A DNA stretch of 63,784 nt, filler included, from Choristocarpus tenellus KU-1152 (taxonomy: Eukaryota > Protista > Phaeophyceae), in NCBI GenBank assembly GCA_964200185.2. It is 12 parts of 12 records of this genome, joined end to end, with 100 filler letters (N's around TTAATTAATTAA, not from the genome) between each part and the next. Parts side by side here need not be neighbours in the genome. Positions count along the whole stretch, not along the records: positions 11,950 to 14,473 come from CAXNAD020027072.1; positions 14,574 to 22,887 come from CAXNAD020004866.1; positions 22,988 to 28,522 come from CAXNAD020010492.1; 9 more parts are not named here. The stretch is one strand, 5' to 3'. The translations under genes and the position numbers were made by a program. Under the pieces are notes generated by a model. The model did no database searches, was not told the origin of the DNA, and saw only the letters and a list, made by a program, of their open reading frames with translations. Positions 12,793-27,269 of this stretch are shown here, in pieces (position 1 is the stretch's first letter; the number at the start of each line of letters is the position of its first letter).

Positions 12793-14794
12793 GTGGGGAA
12801 AGTAGCCAGCATTTTTTTTTTTCTGGGTTTGTAACTGATTTTGTAACTGTCTCGCCAGTTGTTCTCACCGGTTGTAAGTAATTGTATTCCACACTTTGTT
12901 GTTTTTAATTGTAACTGACACTACACTGTTGCCGTAGTTTTTGATAAATAATGCCATCAGCCCGTCTTTGTTCTTCAAATTTCATTTTTTTTTTTAATCA
13001 AAATTGGCACTCATGTTATAGTGTGCTCTTGTGTTGATAGAAGGTGCCCTTCACATCAAAACTACTTTTTAGTTATTTGATGCAATTGGCGGTTGGAACG
13101 AGCCGCTCACACCCAGTAGATAAGCAAACAGGATTGGTCAGTCTCGAGTTCATTTCTTGGTAGGTCCAGCCTGTACCAATCAAGTGATAGTAGGGGAAAA
13201 AAAATCAACTACAGTATTTTTTTTTAATTTTGCTACTAATTAATGTACTCTTAGGTAGTTTATACTTGATATATTAGTATTATTTACTTCTATTAGTAGT
13301 ATTCATTTTATTCTATTACCAGTATTTATTGACTTCTATTACTAGTATTCAATTCTAAATCCTGTATGTGTGTAGGAATTAACAGTATCTGAAGAGGATC
13401 TTGGGAGCTCGATGGGGTGCATGAGCAGTGAGAAGAATCTATCTTGGCAAAGGGTTGGAGGTGGTCCATTGTGCAATCTATTTATTTATCTCTAAAATTT
13501 CTCTCACACATGGTACTTGTTGGATATTGCTACTCCTTTGGGATATTGCACCACCTTTGGATTATCGAGTATGGCCTTGAATGGCGTCCTCTGGGATGGA
13601 GGAGGTATGAGGTATGAAATATGATACATGAGATGTTTCAGAGATGCAGTTAATGTGCATGTAAGTATATATATATATATATACTTGCAAGGTCCATACC
13701 ACTGTTACTCATCCAGTAATAAGAATTAGTGCTGATATTCTTGTTTTGAACAAACAGTGGCCCTAGAAAGGCGACGTGCCATGCAGTAAAAGCGGGTTTT
13801 ATTATAGAACAGTAAGGCTTTTGTCTGGTTTTTCGCACTGCTACTGTGAATCTAGAACACTCTGAAAAATTTCCTGTACGGGATTGGAGCAGAAGAGGTG
13901 TCAGATTGGGAGCAAGGGGAGGGGGGGGAGGGGGGAACCCCTTCAAAAACCTATCACAGATACGGTGTGAGAGCTACCTGCAACGCAGAGTGTAGGGACT
14001 GCTTGTCCCAGAGATGACTTGGATCTCAAGTTCATTGGTCTCTATCCCTCTCCAAGACCACAGATCAAACAGTCTTTGAGGTAGTCCCCAACCCTTGTTG
14101 AGATGGATCTATCTGATTTGGTTGATTTGGTCGGTAGGGAAGTGCAGGGTGCTTGCTTCGATTTTTTTTTTTTTAATGTGACACAAGAGGCGTCTTTTTG
14201 TGGTTCAACTATTATTGTGGTATGCAACAGGCTACTCTTTAGTGTGTACAATGGTGGTTTGATTTATGTATTTATTTTTATTGTGCCATATGGAGGGTCC
14301 CTTATGCTACACTATGGGAGAAGTTTTATATAGTATGATGTGATAAAATATTTTGTTCATCAAAACACGATAAAATATAAAACACTGCACTTACATAATG
14401 CGTAGTCCCCCCCCCCCCGAGTGTGAAGTAAAACCTATTCTATACATTTACACCCACCTCCCACCCCTCCCCCNNNNNNNNNNNNNNNNNNNNNNNNNNN
14501 NNNNNNNNNNNNNNNNNTTAATTAATTAANNNNNNNNNNNNNNNNNNNNNNNNNNNNNNNNNNNNNNNNNNNNGAGAAAGATTTTTATACCCTTTTCTTC
14601 GCCCCCACCCTCCCCCCCCAAAAAAAAGGGCCCCCCCCCCCCCCCCCCCCCCCCCCCTTCTACACCCCTTTCCTTCCCTGCCCCAGCCGGCTCACTGTAC
14701 TTGTTGCTAAAATCCTGCTTCTGTACCCATGTTCTGGTCACCTCATGCTGCAAGAATCCCTTACCTTGGTGCTCTGATATTCTGACATTCTCAG

Positions 14795-17700
14795 GTGGGG
14801 CGCCACTTCAGTGGAAACCCCCCTTCAACACCTACATACGGTGGCCCCACCTCAAAAATAGCTGGGACGCATGGGTGGGGAGGTGGTGGGGGAGGACAGG
14901 GTAGCGGTTTGATTCTGCATGGACTGGAAGGTTCCGGAATGTCAGATCGTGAGCTCTTTAGCACGTCCTCGGTGAGGTATTACTAAACAAAAACAAAAAA
15001 TTCATGTGATTTTTGACACGGGGTCTGGAGTGAGATGATTTTGTTCCTAATTGCTGTACCCACTCCCTGGAGGTGAATTGCTTGGTCTCATATGGAGTTT
15101 GTCAGTGCCAATAAAGTCGCGTTTATTTTTTTTTTCCATTTCTAGGGTTAGGGTTAGAAGGGTAATGCAAACACTTGAGTTAAATTATCTTAGAGGGTAC
15201 AGCTGCGTCCTTTTGTCGGCCAAACTCCAATGTTGCGATTTTTATGTAATTTCAGCTATCATAGTACCTCTAAGATACTTTCACTCACTTCGATATGGGG
15301 GTTCCTTGGTGAAGGAGGGGGATAGCCTCTCCGAGGAAAGAAAGTGCTAGGAAAAGAGACTCTGTACATGCAATATAGCCTGTTGAAGAGAATACTGTTT
15401 GCTCACAGCTGGCAGGCATGCAGTGGCGGGTGGAGGGACTCTGAGTGATTCAGGGGAATCCTTGTCCTGCTGCAGAGTGCTCCTATTGGGTGTGGCTTGT
15501 ATGCCTTGACTGCAGCTTCCAATAATATACAGATTTGAGCTCTCTCGCCAGTGTTGTAGAACTAACCTATACCAGTACTGTATGCCATGTATGTGTACTT
15601 GCTTATCTCTGCTGTACCACTTTCAAACATAAACACATGGTGTGTCTCGCCCAAACAGCAATTAATACAGTACAGACCATGTATGTACACTTACTTGTGC
15701 AAGAAACAGACCCATGAGTTCTGTGTTTGGTGCCTGCATGTTATTCCTCTAGGCACCTAAAAGCTACCAGCTACGAGCAAGGCGTTCAGACTGCATCAAC
15801 CCCGACAATCACTGTTGTTCTGACCCCTTCCTGAAGCGTGTATGGCCCTGGTGCAAACATAACTGCAGCTGCATCACCATTTGAACCAGCAGGACACAAC
15901 AAGCCCTCCTCTGAGCACACTGTCGAAATCTCCTTCGCTGACCCTGCTCCTCCCCTCCTAATTTCCATGCCTGGCAGGTGCATGCCCTCATTTTGGTCTT
16001 GCAGGCACACATGGGTCGAAAAGACATAGTCAGGGCAGCCATGCGGTCGGGGGCAAACCTCATTCGAATTCCTGTTGTGGTGAGCCAAGTCGCCTAGTTC
16101 CGACACCCATACTCAAACCTATCCCTGACCCTAATCCCTAATCCCAACATTGGGTGTCTGACCCTTTGTATTGTTTTTGTGTTGCAATTCTCCTCGCAAG
16201 CTCTTTATTCTTGCTCTTGTAGTGAATGCATCTACCTTAGTTTTTGGCAATGTTTCCGCCCTCCCCTCCCCATTGCTGCCTCTTCTCCTCTAACCATCAC
16301 CACCATCGTGTCGGGGGTATGCAAACTGTGGTAATAATGGTGATCATTCTACTATTTTGTCTGGAGTGTGTGTGACCAAATACCGGACGATGAAGACAAC
16401 CAACCACTAGCGCTATTTTTTTTATTTTTGTCCTACCAAGCTTTCTATCTCCTGGGGCAGGCGGTGGATGTGATCTTATTTATATTTATTGTCGTACAAG
16501 TATCTATGTCTCTTGGAACAAGTATGGTCTCTGTTACAAGCAACGCCTTGAAATGTCAGCATGGCATACAGTCTCACTGCTAACCCCTAACCCCCTCTCC
16601 TTTTCCGTGTTCCAGTACTATTCCACACATCTCACCAAGGTTTCCCTATCATTTCTGGGTATGGTGCACTCTCCCTTACCCAGTTTCCCTTATGCAGATC
16701 TAAGCTCTTACTGTAATCCCTTCACTCACAATCATACCACATCACACATATCTGTTGCCAACTCTTACCTACTCCCCCTATGACCACCTTGTCCTGTGAC
16801 CCACTGCCCTGAAGGCTCAGGCACTGGCCTCAGAGGTGGTGGCCCTGCCCACCGTTCTCCATTGCATGTCCCTGCATGGGACTAGCAGGGGCATAACTGA
16901 CTCTGCAGTGACTGTGGCATGTGTGTTGCTGTCCCTGGCCTTCGAGGGCAAGCAGTCTGTGGTCTACGAGATGGACAATGGTGGAGGAAACTTGAGGGTT
17001 AGTGCATACTTTGGAGGCCATATTATTTTGTAATGTTTAGAGGACATACTACAGCTTTGTTGCTACGTTGCTTTGAATTGATGTACGTTGAAGTAGTATG
17101 TTTTGGTGTTTGAAGATATGGAGCATTTCTTGCTCAATAGAGTACAACAAGAGTCACCCAAGATGATTATACCAATCTTTCCTCTTTATAATGATTAAGC
17201 TAGTAGATGTTTAGTTATATTATATCTTCCCCCTGTGGTTTAAAGGTATGCATCAAGCTGTGATCTTGGTGTGGTATACGTCCTCTCACAAACAATGCAC
17301 TCTTATGCATAGCCAATCCCATGATATGAATCACCAAAACTTCATTCTTGTAGAGCCGTACCAGCCACTGTCTACTCAATAACAATGACCTCGATTCAAA
17401 GGTCATGCCGGCTACTTGACAAAAAGTAAAGATGAGATAGTATCTGTTGTGTCTCTTTCAGTTCTGCAGTAAGAGCCTTTCCAGTATCATCAGCCACCCT
17501 GTTTCTTCATCCCTCTTTGTTATACCGTCCTGTTCAATTTGTTCCTCCTCCTTGGCCTATGCTGCTTCCACACCTAGTCTTTCTTTCCTCCTCAACCCCA
17601 TCCCATTCCTGTGGTCTCATCAATTCCATTCCCAGGCCAAATATGGCACTGGAGATGGAGGAGTGAGTCGGGCATTGGTGACAACATTGGGGGGAGGGGA

Positions 17701-20700
17701 CAATATTAGGGGGGGTGGATCCCAACCTGGGACTGGATCCAGATTAGTATCGGGAGATGAAGGAAGTGGAACTGGAACTGTGACAGGTGCAGGGGCAGGG
17801 GGAGGGGCAGGAACCCTGAGGCAGGGAAATCTATCTGTGCTTGGGATGGGAGCAGGTGAACGGAAGAAGGGGGGGGTTGGGGCCAGTATGTACCCCCGCA
17901 AGTCTAGCAAAGCTGCTAGTTCTCCTGGGTCGCCTGGTTTTGGGGTCAGCTTCGCATACATGTCTTTACCTGGGATGCTCGGAGGTGGGGGAGCTAATAT
18001 CAAGGCCAGAGCTCGGAGTCAGGCTAAGGTCTCATCATCTCAACCTCAGATGCAACTGCAGCAGCGGGATAGGGAAGGTGTTGCGGGAGGAGGAGAAAAT
18101 TATGATCCAGGTGGCTGGAACAGCAGCATGCAGGCACTTTGTGTGATGCTACGTGCTCGACGCCGCGATCCAGAGTCTTCAGGACTAATTTTTCTGGCCT
18201 TGGAGGTGTGCGTGGATGAGTGGGCATGCTCATGCTCAAATATGTGTCCAGAGGCAACAAGAGTTAAAGCTGCTGCTGCTTCCACAACGGCTGCCCCTGA
18301 GCTCATTGCTAGCTCTGCCACCATCAATCTGACTCTTCCACAACCAGGAGCCCCTGGTAGAGAGGCGGCAGAAGTGGGCGAGGGACCAGGGTCAGAGGTT
18401 ATGGCAGGGGCAGGGGCAGCAACAGAGACTGGGGTTGCAATGGCTCCGGCTCATGCAACTGGTCTTCTAGAGGTTGCTAAGAGCAGTGGTGCTGGTGGAG
18501 GTTGCCCGGGGGGAGAAGGAGATGCTTCCTCTATTGCCCTCAGGCATACCCTCGAGATTACTAGCATGGCTGACAGGGTCAGCACTGGAGTAGGAGAGGG
18601 AGTGGTGGGGACAAGGAGAGTCCACGGGTGGTCAGCACCTGGGGTGGAGAAAGATTCTGCATTGAAAGCCAGAGAACGCATGCTGGAAGGGGTGCAAGAG
18701 GCTCTGAAGGCATCCCTTGTGTGGGCACAAGCAGTTCCACTGGGCAGGGCACGATTGGGCAATCTCCGGTCTGGAACCCGGGTGGGAGTTGGTTTGGGGG
18801 TTGGGGCACGAGTGTCTGGAGGGGAATCTACAAGGACTGGGAGTAGAACTGGGATTGTGGGTGGTGGAGGGGGTTGCGGGATCTCTCCATGGCAGGCCCA
18901 AGGTGGTGGTGGACAGGGGGTCATTGTTGGGGTTGGAGCTCTCAGTATTTCAATGGCAAAGGCAGTGGAACGATTAACAAGGTTAGTGTTTGATCCTGGG
19001 TTGGGAAGCAATTCTAGGAATCAAGCACCTATCCGGCCAACTCCCATTCCTCTTCTCTAATGCACACACTGCTAATACTCAAGATGCTCTAAACACATTA
19101 TTTATGAAAAAACTATTTTATATTAGTCTGTCTGGTCAATTCCCGTTCTCCCCCTTCCACTCTCCAGCAGATAACTCGTCTCCCTTTATTTTTCCCCATT
19201 GCCTTACCTCTAATCTGCTCCTCCGCCCAGATAACAACTTCAACCTCCCTGACTTTGCCTCCCAGGTTGTTGAAGAGAGGGCTAACAGAGATGGGGTTTG
19301 GCCGTGGCAGTGGCGCGGTGGTTCTAGAGGGAGCAGTTTCTGCCAAGGCTTTCGAAGCGGATGTATGTGAAGTCCTAAGCAGCCTTAAGGAGATGCAATT
19401 ACCCAGCACCACCAAAGAGGTGTGGTAGGGGGGGGCAGGTGATAACGTGATGTTATGTCCAGGGAGGGTGGATGGGGGCTCACTTGGCAACAATGGGTGG
19501 GAGAGGCATGGAAACTGGAAGGTTAAGGTGTCGTAGGGCGATGATGCATTTTGTACTAAAATGTGGAAAAACATTTAATGCTAAGGTTCTGCAAACCATG
19601 TTCTGGGGCTCACGACTCTTGCCTACTTCTGCTTCTTCCTCCTTGTGACGACTCTTGCCTATAGTATGCTATTTTATGGAGAATTCCCCCCCCCTCCTTT
19701 TGAGTAAAAGTATCTTAGAGGGTATGGGTTTTGTCCTGTTTGTCCATTTGGGGCTTGGCTTCCCATGGGTTCTTTTTATGACATTTTGCTACTTCAAAAT
19801 GTTTAGGAGTAGGTAAAGTATGTTTGTTATTAAAAGGTGTGTCCAGAACATGGATATTGACACTTCCTAACACAACAGCCAAAATTATATCAAAATCGCA
19901 ACATTGGATTTTGGCCCCCAAATGGACGCGGCTCTACCCTCTAAGTTACTTTGACTCTTTTTCTTGAACTACAATTAAACTGTCAAGTGTTTCACCAGTC
20001 AGAGTATCATCACATGGCAAGAGATCACTGCCTGCATTGCATACAAAAGTTGGGCTGTAGTAGTGTGTGCACCTGGACCTCTACGCACTTGGGTGTGCAA
20101 CAAGCTGATCCCCAATAGAAGATATCCCTTTGTCCCTGCCCTCCCTAAACCTGTACTGATGCTCCAGAGGTACATGGCCAAAGACGTGCCTACAAAAAAT
20201 TGAGGCCGGCCCCTTCTTCTAGGTAATGGATCGATTTTGAGGTACTACTAGAGATGTTACCCTTTCACCGATCAACCCCATCCTTGTTTTATCCTCAAGT
20301 GATGCCACTGTTAGCGATGATGAATAAAAATTGATTTGAGGAGGTGGGGGATATCTTGGGAAAGGTCGCATCCAATATGCTCAATTCAGCCTGTTCACCA
20401 TCCAATTTGTGCCAATATTGACAACTCATAATCACCCCCTACTCCCTCAAAATGTTGGCACGATTCTCCCTTCATATCCATCTCCTTCTAACTCTTTCCT
20501 CCTCACTCCAGTCCTCCGAAATAAATCAGCCTCTTTACACTACATTGTGATAATCGCAACTAATTTTTTTTATGAGTGTTATTCTTGTCCTTCATTTGTG
20601 AGCTCTGGTATAACTCAAAGTCAGCACAACTTCAAATCAAAACCCGACCCCAAAATCTGATGCTAGCCCTAACCCAAAACCAATATACACCTCCTCAAAC

Positions 20701-21999
20701 TCTGGTTTCTATGAGCTCCTAACTCTTTCTTCCCCTCTCTCCTCCCTTTATCCTCTTCTTTCACTGTCCCTGCTTCACATCCACCTACCCATCCCTCCAA
20801 TGCCATGCCCTCAAGCACCTGGCTAACCCCAAGCCTTATATCTACATATGAATACCGGTCCCACTCAAGTGCATCCTTGCAATAATGACAGAACCCAACG
20901 CAACTATGACACAGCTTCACTCCTTCCCCCCCCCCTCCCTTCTCTTTCACTACAGCTGCTTGAGGAAACTATGCGTGCATTCCTCCCAGAAGGCCCAGTC
21001 AAAAACCTTGTGCTTCCTGACAAGTCTGTAGCTGAATCCCCCACCGACGGTGGCACAACTTCTATCTCTTTCACCTCTTCATATGGAGCCGGTGCAAGAG
21101 CAACAGCAAATGGGATTGGAAATGTCAAGTCTACTGTGGATCGTCAGTTACAGGGCCCTCCTGGAATGACCAAGAACCGTGGAGGAGGGATTGGAGGGGG
21201 AGGGGGAGGGGGAGGGGTTGGGGGGAGCAACAGTGGTAGCCGTTTAGGCTTGAACAATATCTCTTCCTCCTCCAATTCCAGGCCGCGCCGACTGTCCTTG
21301 GTGAGGGGTACTGGGGTTGGGAATGGTATTGTTGGTTCTCCTGACTGCTGGGGCAGTGGGGGGGCACGTGAGCCGTTCTCATGTGACTACAACAGGGCTG
21401 GTGGCGGGAACTATCCCAAGGTAGTGGGTTCAGCAGCAGGGGAAGGGGTTTACTTGGCAAGGGGAAAGGGCGAAGGGTGGGGGATGGGTCTGGTGATGTC
21501 CAGTCCCAAAGAGCTTGAGCCCATTTTTGCACCTCCTCCACCAGGTGCACAACAAACAGATAGTGACCTCCTCCTTCCCTGGGAGGAAGGCATTCAAGGG
21601 GATGGGAGTAAGGCAGGACAAGGGGGATCAGTCAGGTCAACAGAGGTGACTGGCACCAGTGCTGGAGCTTGTGCCAATCCTGGTGCAGGGGACGGATGTG
21701 GTGGTACAGGTGGAAGTGGGTGTGGACCTGGAAATGGGACCTGTGGAGAAGATGAGATGGTCGCTGGTCCAGGTGGGGTAGGTTGTGAGTCTGGGGCAGG
21801 GGTTGGAACAGGAGTTGGTGAACGTCTGTGGCTTGTGTATGAGGGGTGGTCTGCAGCAGGTAGGGGTGTGATCAGCCGGGTGACCGCGCCTGATCCGTAC
21901 TGGGTTGGCCGGGCTGCGCCTGGGGCTACTTGCCTGTACAGCCACAGCCTGGAGTTTGATTCTGCCTTTGAGGGGGCCAATCTGCTACGAGCGGTCCAG
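14795..21999 (+). CDS. Cytosolic carboxypeptidase (CCP1/AGTPBP1-like tubulin deglutamylase), N-terminal part; catalytic exons beyond contig
   Basis: Phase-consistent exons 14795-14971, 16005-16079, 16815-16997, 17636-18981, 19266-19419 and 20956-21999 (~993 codons), ending SLEFDSAFEGANLLRAVQ, a variant of the M14D CCP L-x-F-x-S-x-FESGNL motif. Confidence 0.78.
15177..15286 (+). mobile_element. MITE-like family B, internally deleted copy, TSD ACTT
   Basis: actt|gagttaaattatcttagagggtac...gtacctctaagatactttcactc|actt. Confidence 0.8.
19702..19957 (-). mobile_element. MITE-like family B copy (256 bp), TSD TTTT
   Basis: TIRs gagtaaaagtatcttagagggta...taccctctaagttactttgactc; aligns with 49355-49612 and 49711-49969. 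Confidence 0.85.
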
Positions 22000-23602
22000 G
22001 TGAGGACTATCATTACACCTGGATAGGTGGATAGAGTAGATGTATACCACACACATATATATATATGGGATGTTTGAGGGGGAAATAGACAGCAGCACTG
22101 AGGTATAGTTCAGGTAAAAGAGTAGAAAAGGCCTGACTATGATGGGGGGTTTCTGGGTTTCTGGGTCAGATTAGTGATACAGAAATACTTCTTGTGGACA
22201 CTAGTGAATCTTATTGACCAAGGGGAAGTTAGTTTGTTGCTGCAATAGAGTCATGCACGAATGATTTGAGGTGAAGGAAGGCCTGGAATGGGTGTGTACT
22301 AGGATTTATTGATTGTGATTTGGGACATGGTCTGGACATTACGGCAGTCTCCTAACAGGGCTGATACAGTTGGAGAGGCTTCCATTAGACAAGGAAGTAC
22401 AGGAGGAGCTCTCTTACTTTCTCATTTTTTAAATTTTATTTCTAGTTTGATCCCCCAGCTCCTTCTCATTGTTTCTTTGGTCTTTGTGAGTTGTGTGGTT
22501 ATGTGTTTTGATGCGATTCGCCTTCCTACAAAAAAAAATAGGACGTAATATGCAAAAGGTCTGTGTATAAGAATGTTACGAAGACGTTCTGGATGAAAAC
22601 CTCTAGGCTTAGCCTTCCTGCTCACTCACTTAGCACATTCTGCAGTAGTAAAATGCTGTTTCCAAATCAACTCACCTTTTCGACTTCTCAACATTCAAAC
22701 CTGATAGTTCAGGTACATGAAGGTGAACTTTAGCCTTAGTTACTCCAACGTTCCTGGGCTTAAGAACTCAGTCTGAACATCTCTTTGTGATGCCTTTGAG
22801 ATTTTGGGTCAGGGTGAGGGTCAGGGCTAGGGTTAGGGTTGGGTAGGGCTCAAAGTATCTGGGAGGGGGTGGCGGCTGTCCATTTGGNNNNNNNNNNNNN
22901 NNNNNNNNNNNNNNNNNNNNNNNNNNNNNNNTTAATTAATTAANNNNNNNNNNNNNNNNNNNNNNNNNNNNNNNNNNNNNNNNNNNNCCCCCCCCCCCCC
23001 CCCCCCCCCCCCCCACATCTCCTTTTTCTCTTCAATGCGAATGAGACGAGCACCTACTACGAACAGCACACAACAACAGAAGATACAGAGCTGCTTTGAA
23101 TCATTTAACCTCGTGAGGACAAATGTTTACACGTGTGATCTAACCATCAAAGGAACACTAAGAAAGAGCTGGTGTGAGACTTTCCTTTTAAGCAGTGAGA
23201 CTCTCAATCACCAACCAGCCCCCGCCCTCTCCCCTACACACAGGCAATCAATGTGCACAAGGTGTGTATCAACAATTAACTAGTCCAACCTAGGCGTGCT
23301 ACCCAAAATTGAGAACTTAGCTATTCCCAATATGAACCTCTCTTGTCCAAGTTTAGTTTCTTCTGTTCATTGTAACATGTCTAACACACACCAAGCAACA
23401 ACACAGTGCCTGTACTGTATCGACAGGACACAGAGCAACTGTGAAAAAGTAAATGATAACTATATCATCCCATCGTTTTACTTTCTCTATCTTTGTTGTG
23501 CCTTGCATATCTGCAGTGCATACAAATGAAGGGAACAAATAACAAACTGTTTACTGAGGTATCAAATCGCTTAGTAGATATTTAAATGAAAACACAGGGT
23601 TC

Positions 23603-26529
23603 TCAGTAGTAGGGGAAGCCCTTGCCGGTGAGCGCAGCCTGGGTAACTAGACCAGAGAAGGCCAGCATTGCAAGACGGCAGTGGGTGATCTCCCTGAGTT
23701 CAAAAAGTGCCTGGAATGGGTTGGGGAGTGGGAAGAGCAAGGGGTTAACACATGTTGAAATTGACCACACAAAATGGTCTCTGAATCACTCCTTCAATCA
23801 AATGGTTCAACAAGGGTATTGCTCCCACATCTAACATAACTCCGTGCTACCATTCTTGGGGCATGCATGTGACACGTCGAATATATTTGACCACAGCATA
23901 AGGGAACATTATCTACTAAACAAGGGCCCCTTGTCCACTGTTTCTTATCCCAAATATTGGAGGAGCTATTAAAACATAACATCTCAAGTCCTGGGCTAGG
24001 ATACCGATATGCATAATATTCAAATATTTTCAACTCCATACTAAACAAAATACATCTACAGTTTATGCCTACAATGGGCACCCACTACCATCATATGGCA
24101 CATAACATGCAAATTAGATTCACCAACTTTAGTCACTACACCAATAGAAGCTCATCAACTATCTATGCACAGGAAGATGGGAAAAGAGACATACACACTA
24201 CCAAGAACTAAAGCACCACATGAACAAATCTCACCTTCTTCTTAGGGTTCTGCAAGACCTTCTGGGGGTCAAGTCCGAACTCTCCAGGTGCTCTCCCTGA
24301 CCCCTGGAGCATCTGAATGATGGCTACACCACTCACGCTTTCAAGGAAAGTGATGAACATGAAGATCTGTGCCATGGCACCTGTCTTCACGGCAGCGTCA
24401 TGTGCCTCAAGGGCAGATACCTACACAGCAGGCACAGACCAAAAAACAAGTGCACAGTGGCTATTTACAATTAAGCAGTTGATCTGTTTTTCCCCACAAT
24501 ATTAATACCAATGACCACACCCAGAAATACTGGGAAAGCTACATCTTAAACCACCAAAAAGACCTAACCTGTAAGTGTTCCATTATCTGCTAATTGTCAC
24601 AGGTAACATTGTTTAATGAAAAGACATCCAGAAAAGGGCATTGGTAAGGATAGCTTGCATATGAAAAATGAATGTACTCAAAGGTCAAAATGCACTCTAC
24701 AAGTGTGGACAGAGTGCTCCAAAAACGTGTGCCAGCAACAAGTCAACCCCATGGCAGCACGCTCTTGTGATTGCCTTGAGTCTTACAAAGCTTACACTAC
24801 AAGGCTCCATCCCTTCATACATGTTCAGTCATGAAGTACAAGATGGGATGAGGTGCACCATCCACTGCTGTATATTTACATTGCTCTAATCCAAGCTCCA
24901 CCTTAAGTCCAACAGATCACACAAACACTTCTCCATCACCTCAACTCAGTAGCTTAATAGGCACCCACCTGGTGCATGTCCCCTGGAAGGACAAAGCCAA
25001 GGTCTGTCGCGATCCACCCCACAATGGCCAGCTGGCAGATACGACCGTGCTTCAGCTCAGCCTCACGAAGGAAGTCCAAAGGGATCCATGAGGAGAATCC
25101 AAAGGGGTCAAAGCCCACATCACCTTATCCAACACATAGCAACAGGCAATGGGAGCATGGGCCCATTGACGAATATGTTACGTACGGAAATGAAGTCCTA
25201 TTTAAATCTTGTTCAGAGTCGTATCATCTATGCCTTTCCAAAGGCTTTAAACTCGACCCTTTATGTCAAAAATCCAAATATCAAGCGGTTCGTCCATTAG
25301 TGGATACACTGGCAGAGCAAAGCACGAAAGTAATAATTTTAGATGAAAGATGGCAACAACGCAGCGAGAGTCCTATAATTCTCGCCCTGGTAGCACTGGC
25401 TGTAGGGCAATCTAATATTGCAACATTTATTTCCAAGTTTCGGTATTGGAGCTTCTGGCGAGTAGTCAGTGGATGCGACTCCCCCTTCATTCGCGAACAG
25501 AAACAGGAACATAAGAGTCCTGGTTCATTGAGGAATCATAAGTAAACTTATGCCGTGACTCACCTGCCATGGTGCCGTCGAGGGCGGGTGGCTGAGGCAT
25601 GAAAGGAATTGACTTAGATTTGGCAGCAGCCTCCGACATAGCCATCTGCACGTACGCGAGCAGAGCAGGGGGTAGCAGTCGTGTTAACTATTGCGTACTC
25701 GAATGCAGTATGGGCAGGTTCAAAACGGATAGAAAGGATTGGTTTCCATGTGACTGCCAAGAGAAGCAGAAACGACATTCTGCGCGGTATACTGACTGTC
25801 CTATTCCCGCTATACCCATGATAGAAGAATTATCAGTAGGATTCCAGCGAGGAACTGGACAGAATGTGGATAAAGGTGTATGGAACATCATACATCATTT
25901 AAAGAAACACAACTAGCTCAGTCACAACTCTCTCACTCTCATTATGTTTGAGCTTCGAAATATTGAATCAGAGTGGGTGAAAAGTGCCCGAAATTTTGCG
26001 TATGAAATAGTTTCGATCAAATCCTGATCCTCAACTGAAGAAGAGATTGTTCAATAGTGGTACGGGGGTCTAGCATGTTTTACCTACGGCTAGGATCATA
26101 CCCAAAGATTTCTTCATTAAGATACATTACAATGCCGAGCACCAGTAACTTTGACCAGAGTGGGTGTAGTCGATGAAGTATCTTCTAGAGGAAATAGCAA
26201 GCTTTCCACAGCAGTGCATTCTACCTTTACTGACCATCTTCGTGTCATTATTGCTGATGGCTTCTCGGGATCATGAAAGACAACGGAGAGTTTTTACTCA
26301 GTCCAACAGTACATAACCACTTCCCTCCTCTCCTCAATGTTTCCGCGCTCGGCTAGACAACATAGAAGGTTCCAATACCAGTTGAGTGCGAACCCATGCT
26401 CTTGGAGCATTGCTGGAAGAAGTATGATCTCACCCCGGTAGAGGTGGTGGGCCGTGCGATAGGGTTTGGCACCATGAAAGCAGATGCCGATGCACACAGA
26501 AGGGTAGCGATGGCCATAGTCTTCTCCAT
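23603..26529 (-). CDS. LHCR: Fucoxanthin-chlorophyll a/c light-harvesting protein, LHCR-type, complete (208 aa, 5 exons)
   Basis: Exons 26529-26434, 25645-25564, 25123-24969, 24420-24235 and 23710-23603 with GT-AG ends and matching phases: [21 protein letters not shown]...[28 protein letters not shown]...[15 protein letters not shown]...GEFGLDP...[32 protein letters not shown]. Confidence 0.96.
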
Positions 26530-27269
26530 GTTTAGCGGAAAGGTTGCAATAGTCTGTTCTAATGAGTTATCGAAGTCTGCAAGGTCCAAGTGCTTAATAG
26601 GTTGACCTGGATTGAGTACACAATGACGTCTTAGGAATGTGGAATTTGCTAAGTTACATCACTCTCGGTTAGGTATATTTATCTTGATTTTAATATTGGA
26701 TCCTGCCCATTACAAACGTTCATGTTTCTCTCTTTTTCGAAGATACACATTCAATGTCGGTTATTGGTTGGATGGGGTAAAGTAACGTCACTATCAAACA
26801 CCAACTGAAAATGCACCAAAATCCCGTTTCTCCATATACAGGTGTTTAATGTGAGGAAATTGCGATCGATTGCACCTTTCTAAGTTACTCCCGGTCCTAC
26901 TTTTGTACATTTTTCTTCGAACTACTTAAAACCTACCTGCAACAGGGTGGGAATTTGTAGAACATAAAATGCATAGAGAACGGAGTGCCCGAGTGTTTTG
27001 CCTGTAAGGATGGTCGCATGGGAAACGATGAAGTCGTGCAGTTTAGTATTGACCTATCGTCATGTCGCATACCCCCAAACGTTTGACCTGCAGTACGCTC
27101 ATTGGGGGATGTGAGTGCCACATCACCCACCTTATTCACTCAGAAAGAGAGGGTCGACTCGCTCTAAGTAGGTCTGCGAGATCAATGTGTAGATTTTTTT
27201 ATCAGTGAAAGTACATTTGTTGGTCACTACTGGGGATTGTAATCTCTCGATGGGACATATGTAGCCCAT

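Noticed and set aside
17534-22052. Many antisense or alternative-frame ORFs overlapping the CCP exons
   Set aside because: Shadow ORFs of GC-rich coding exons.
24976-25916. 189-aa and 105-aa plus-strand ORFs
   Set aside because: Antisense to LHCR exons and introns; no independent support.
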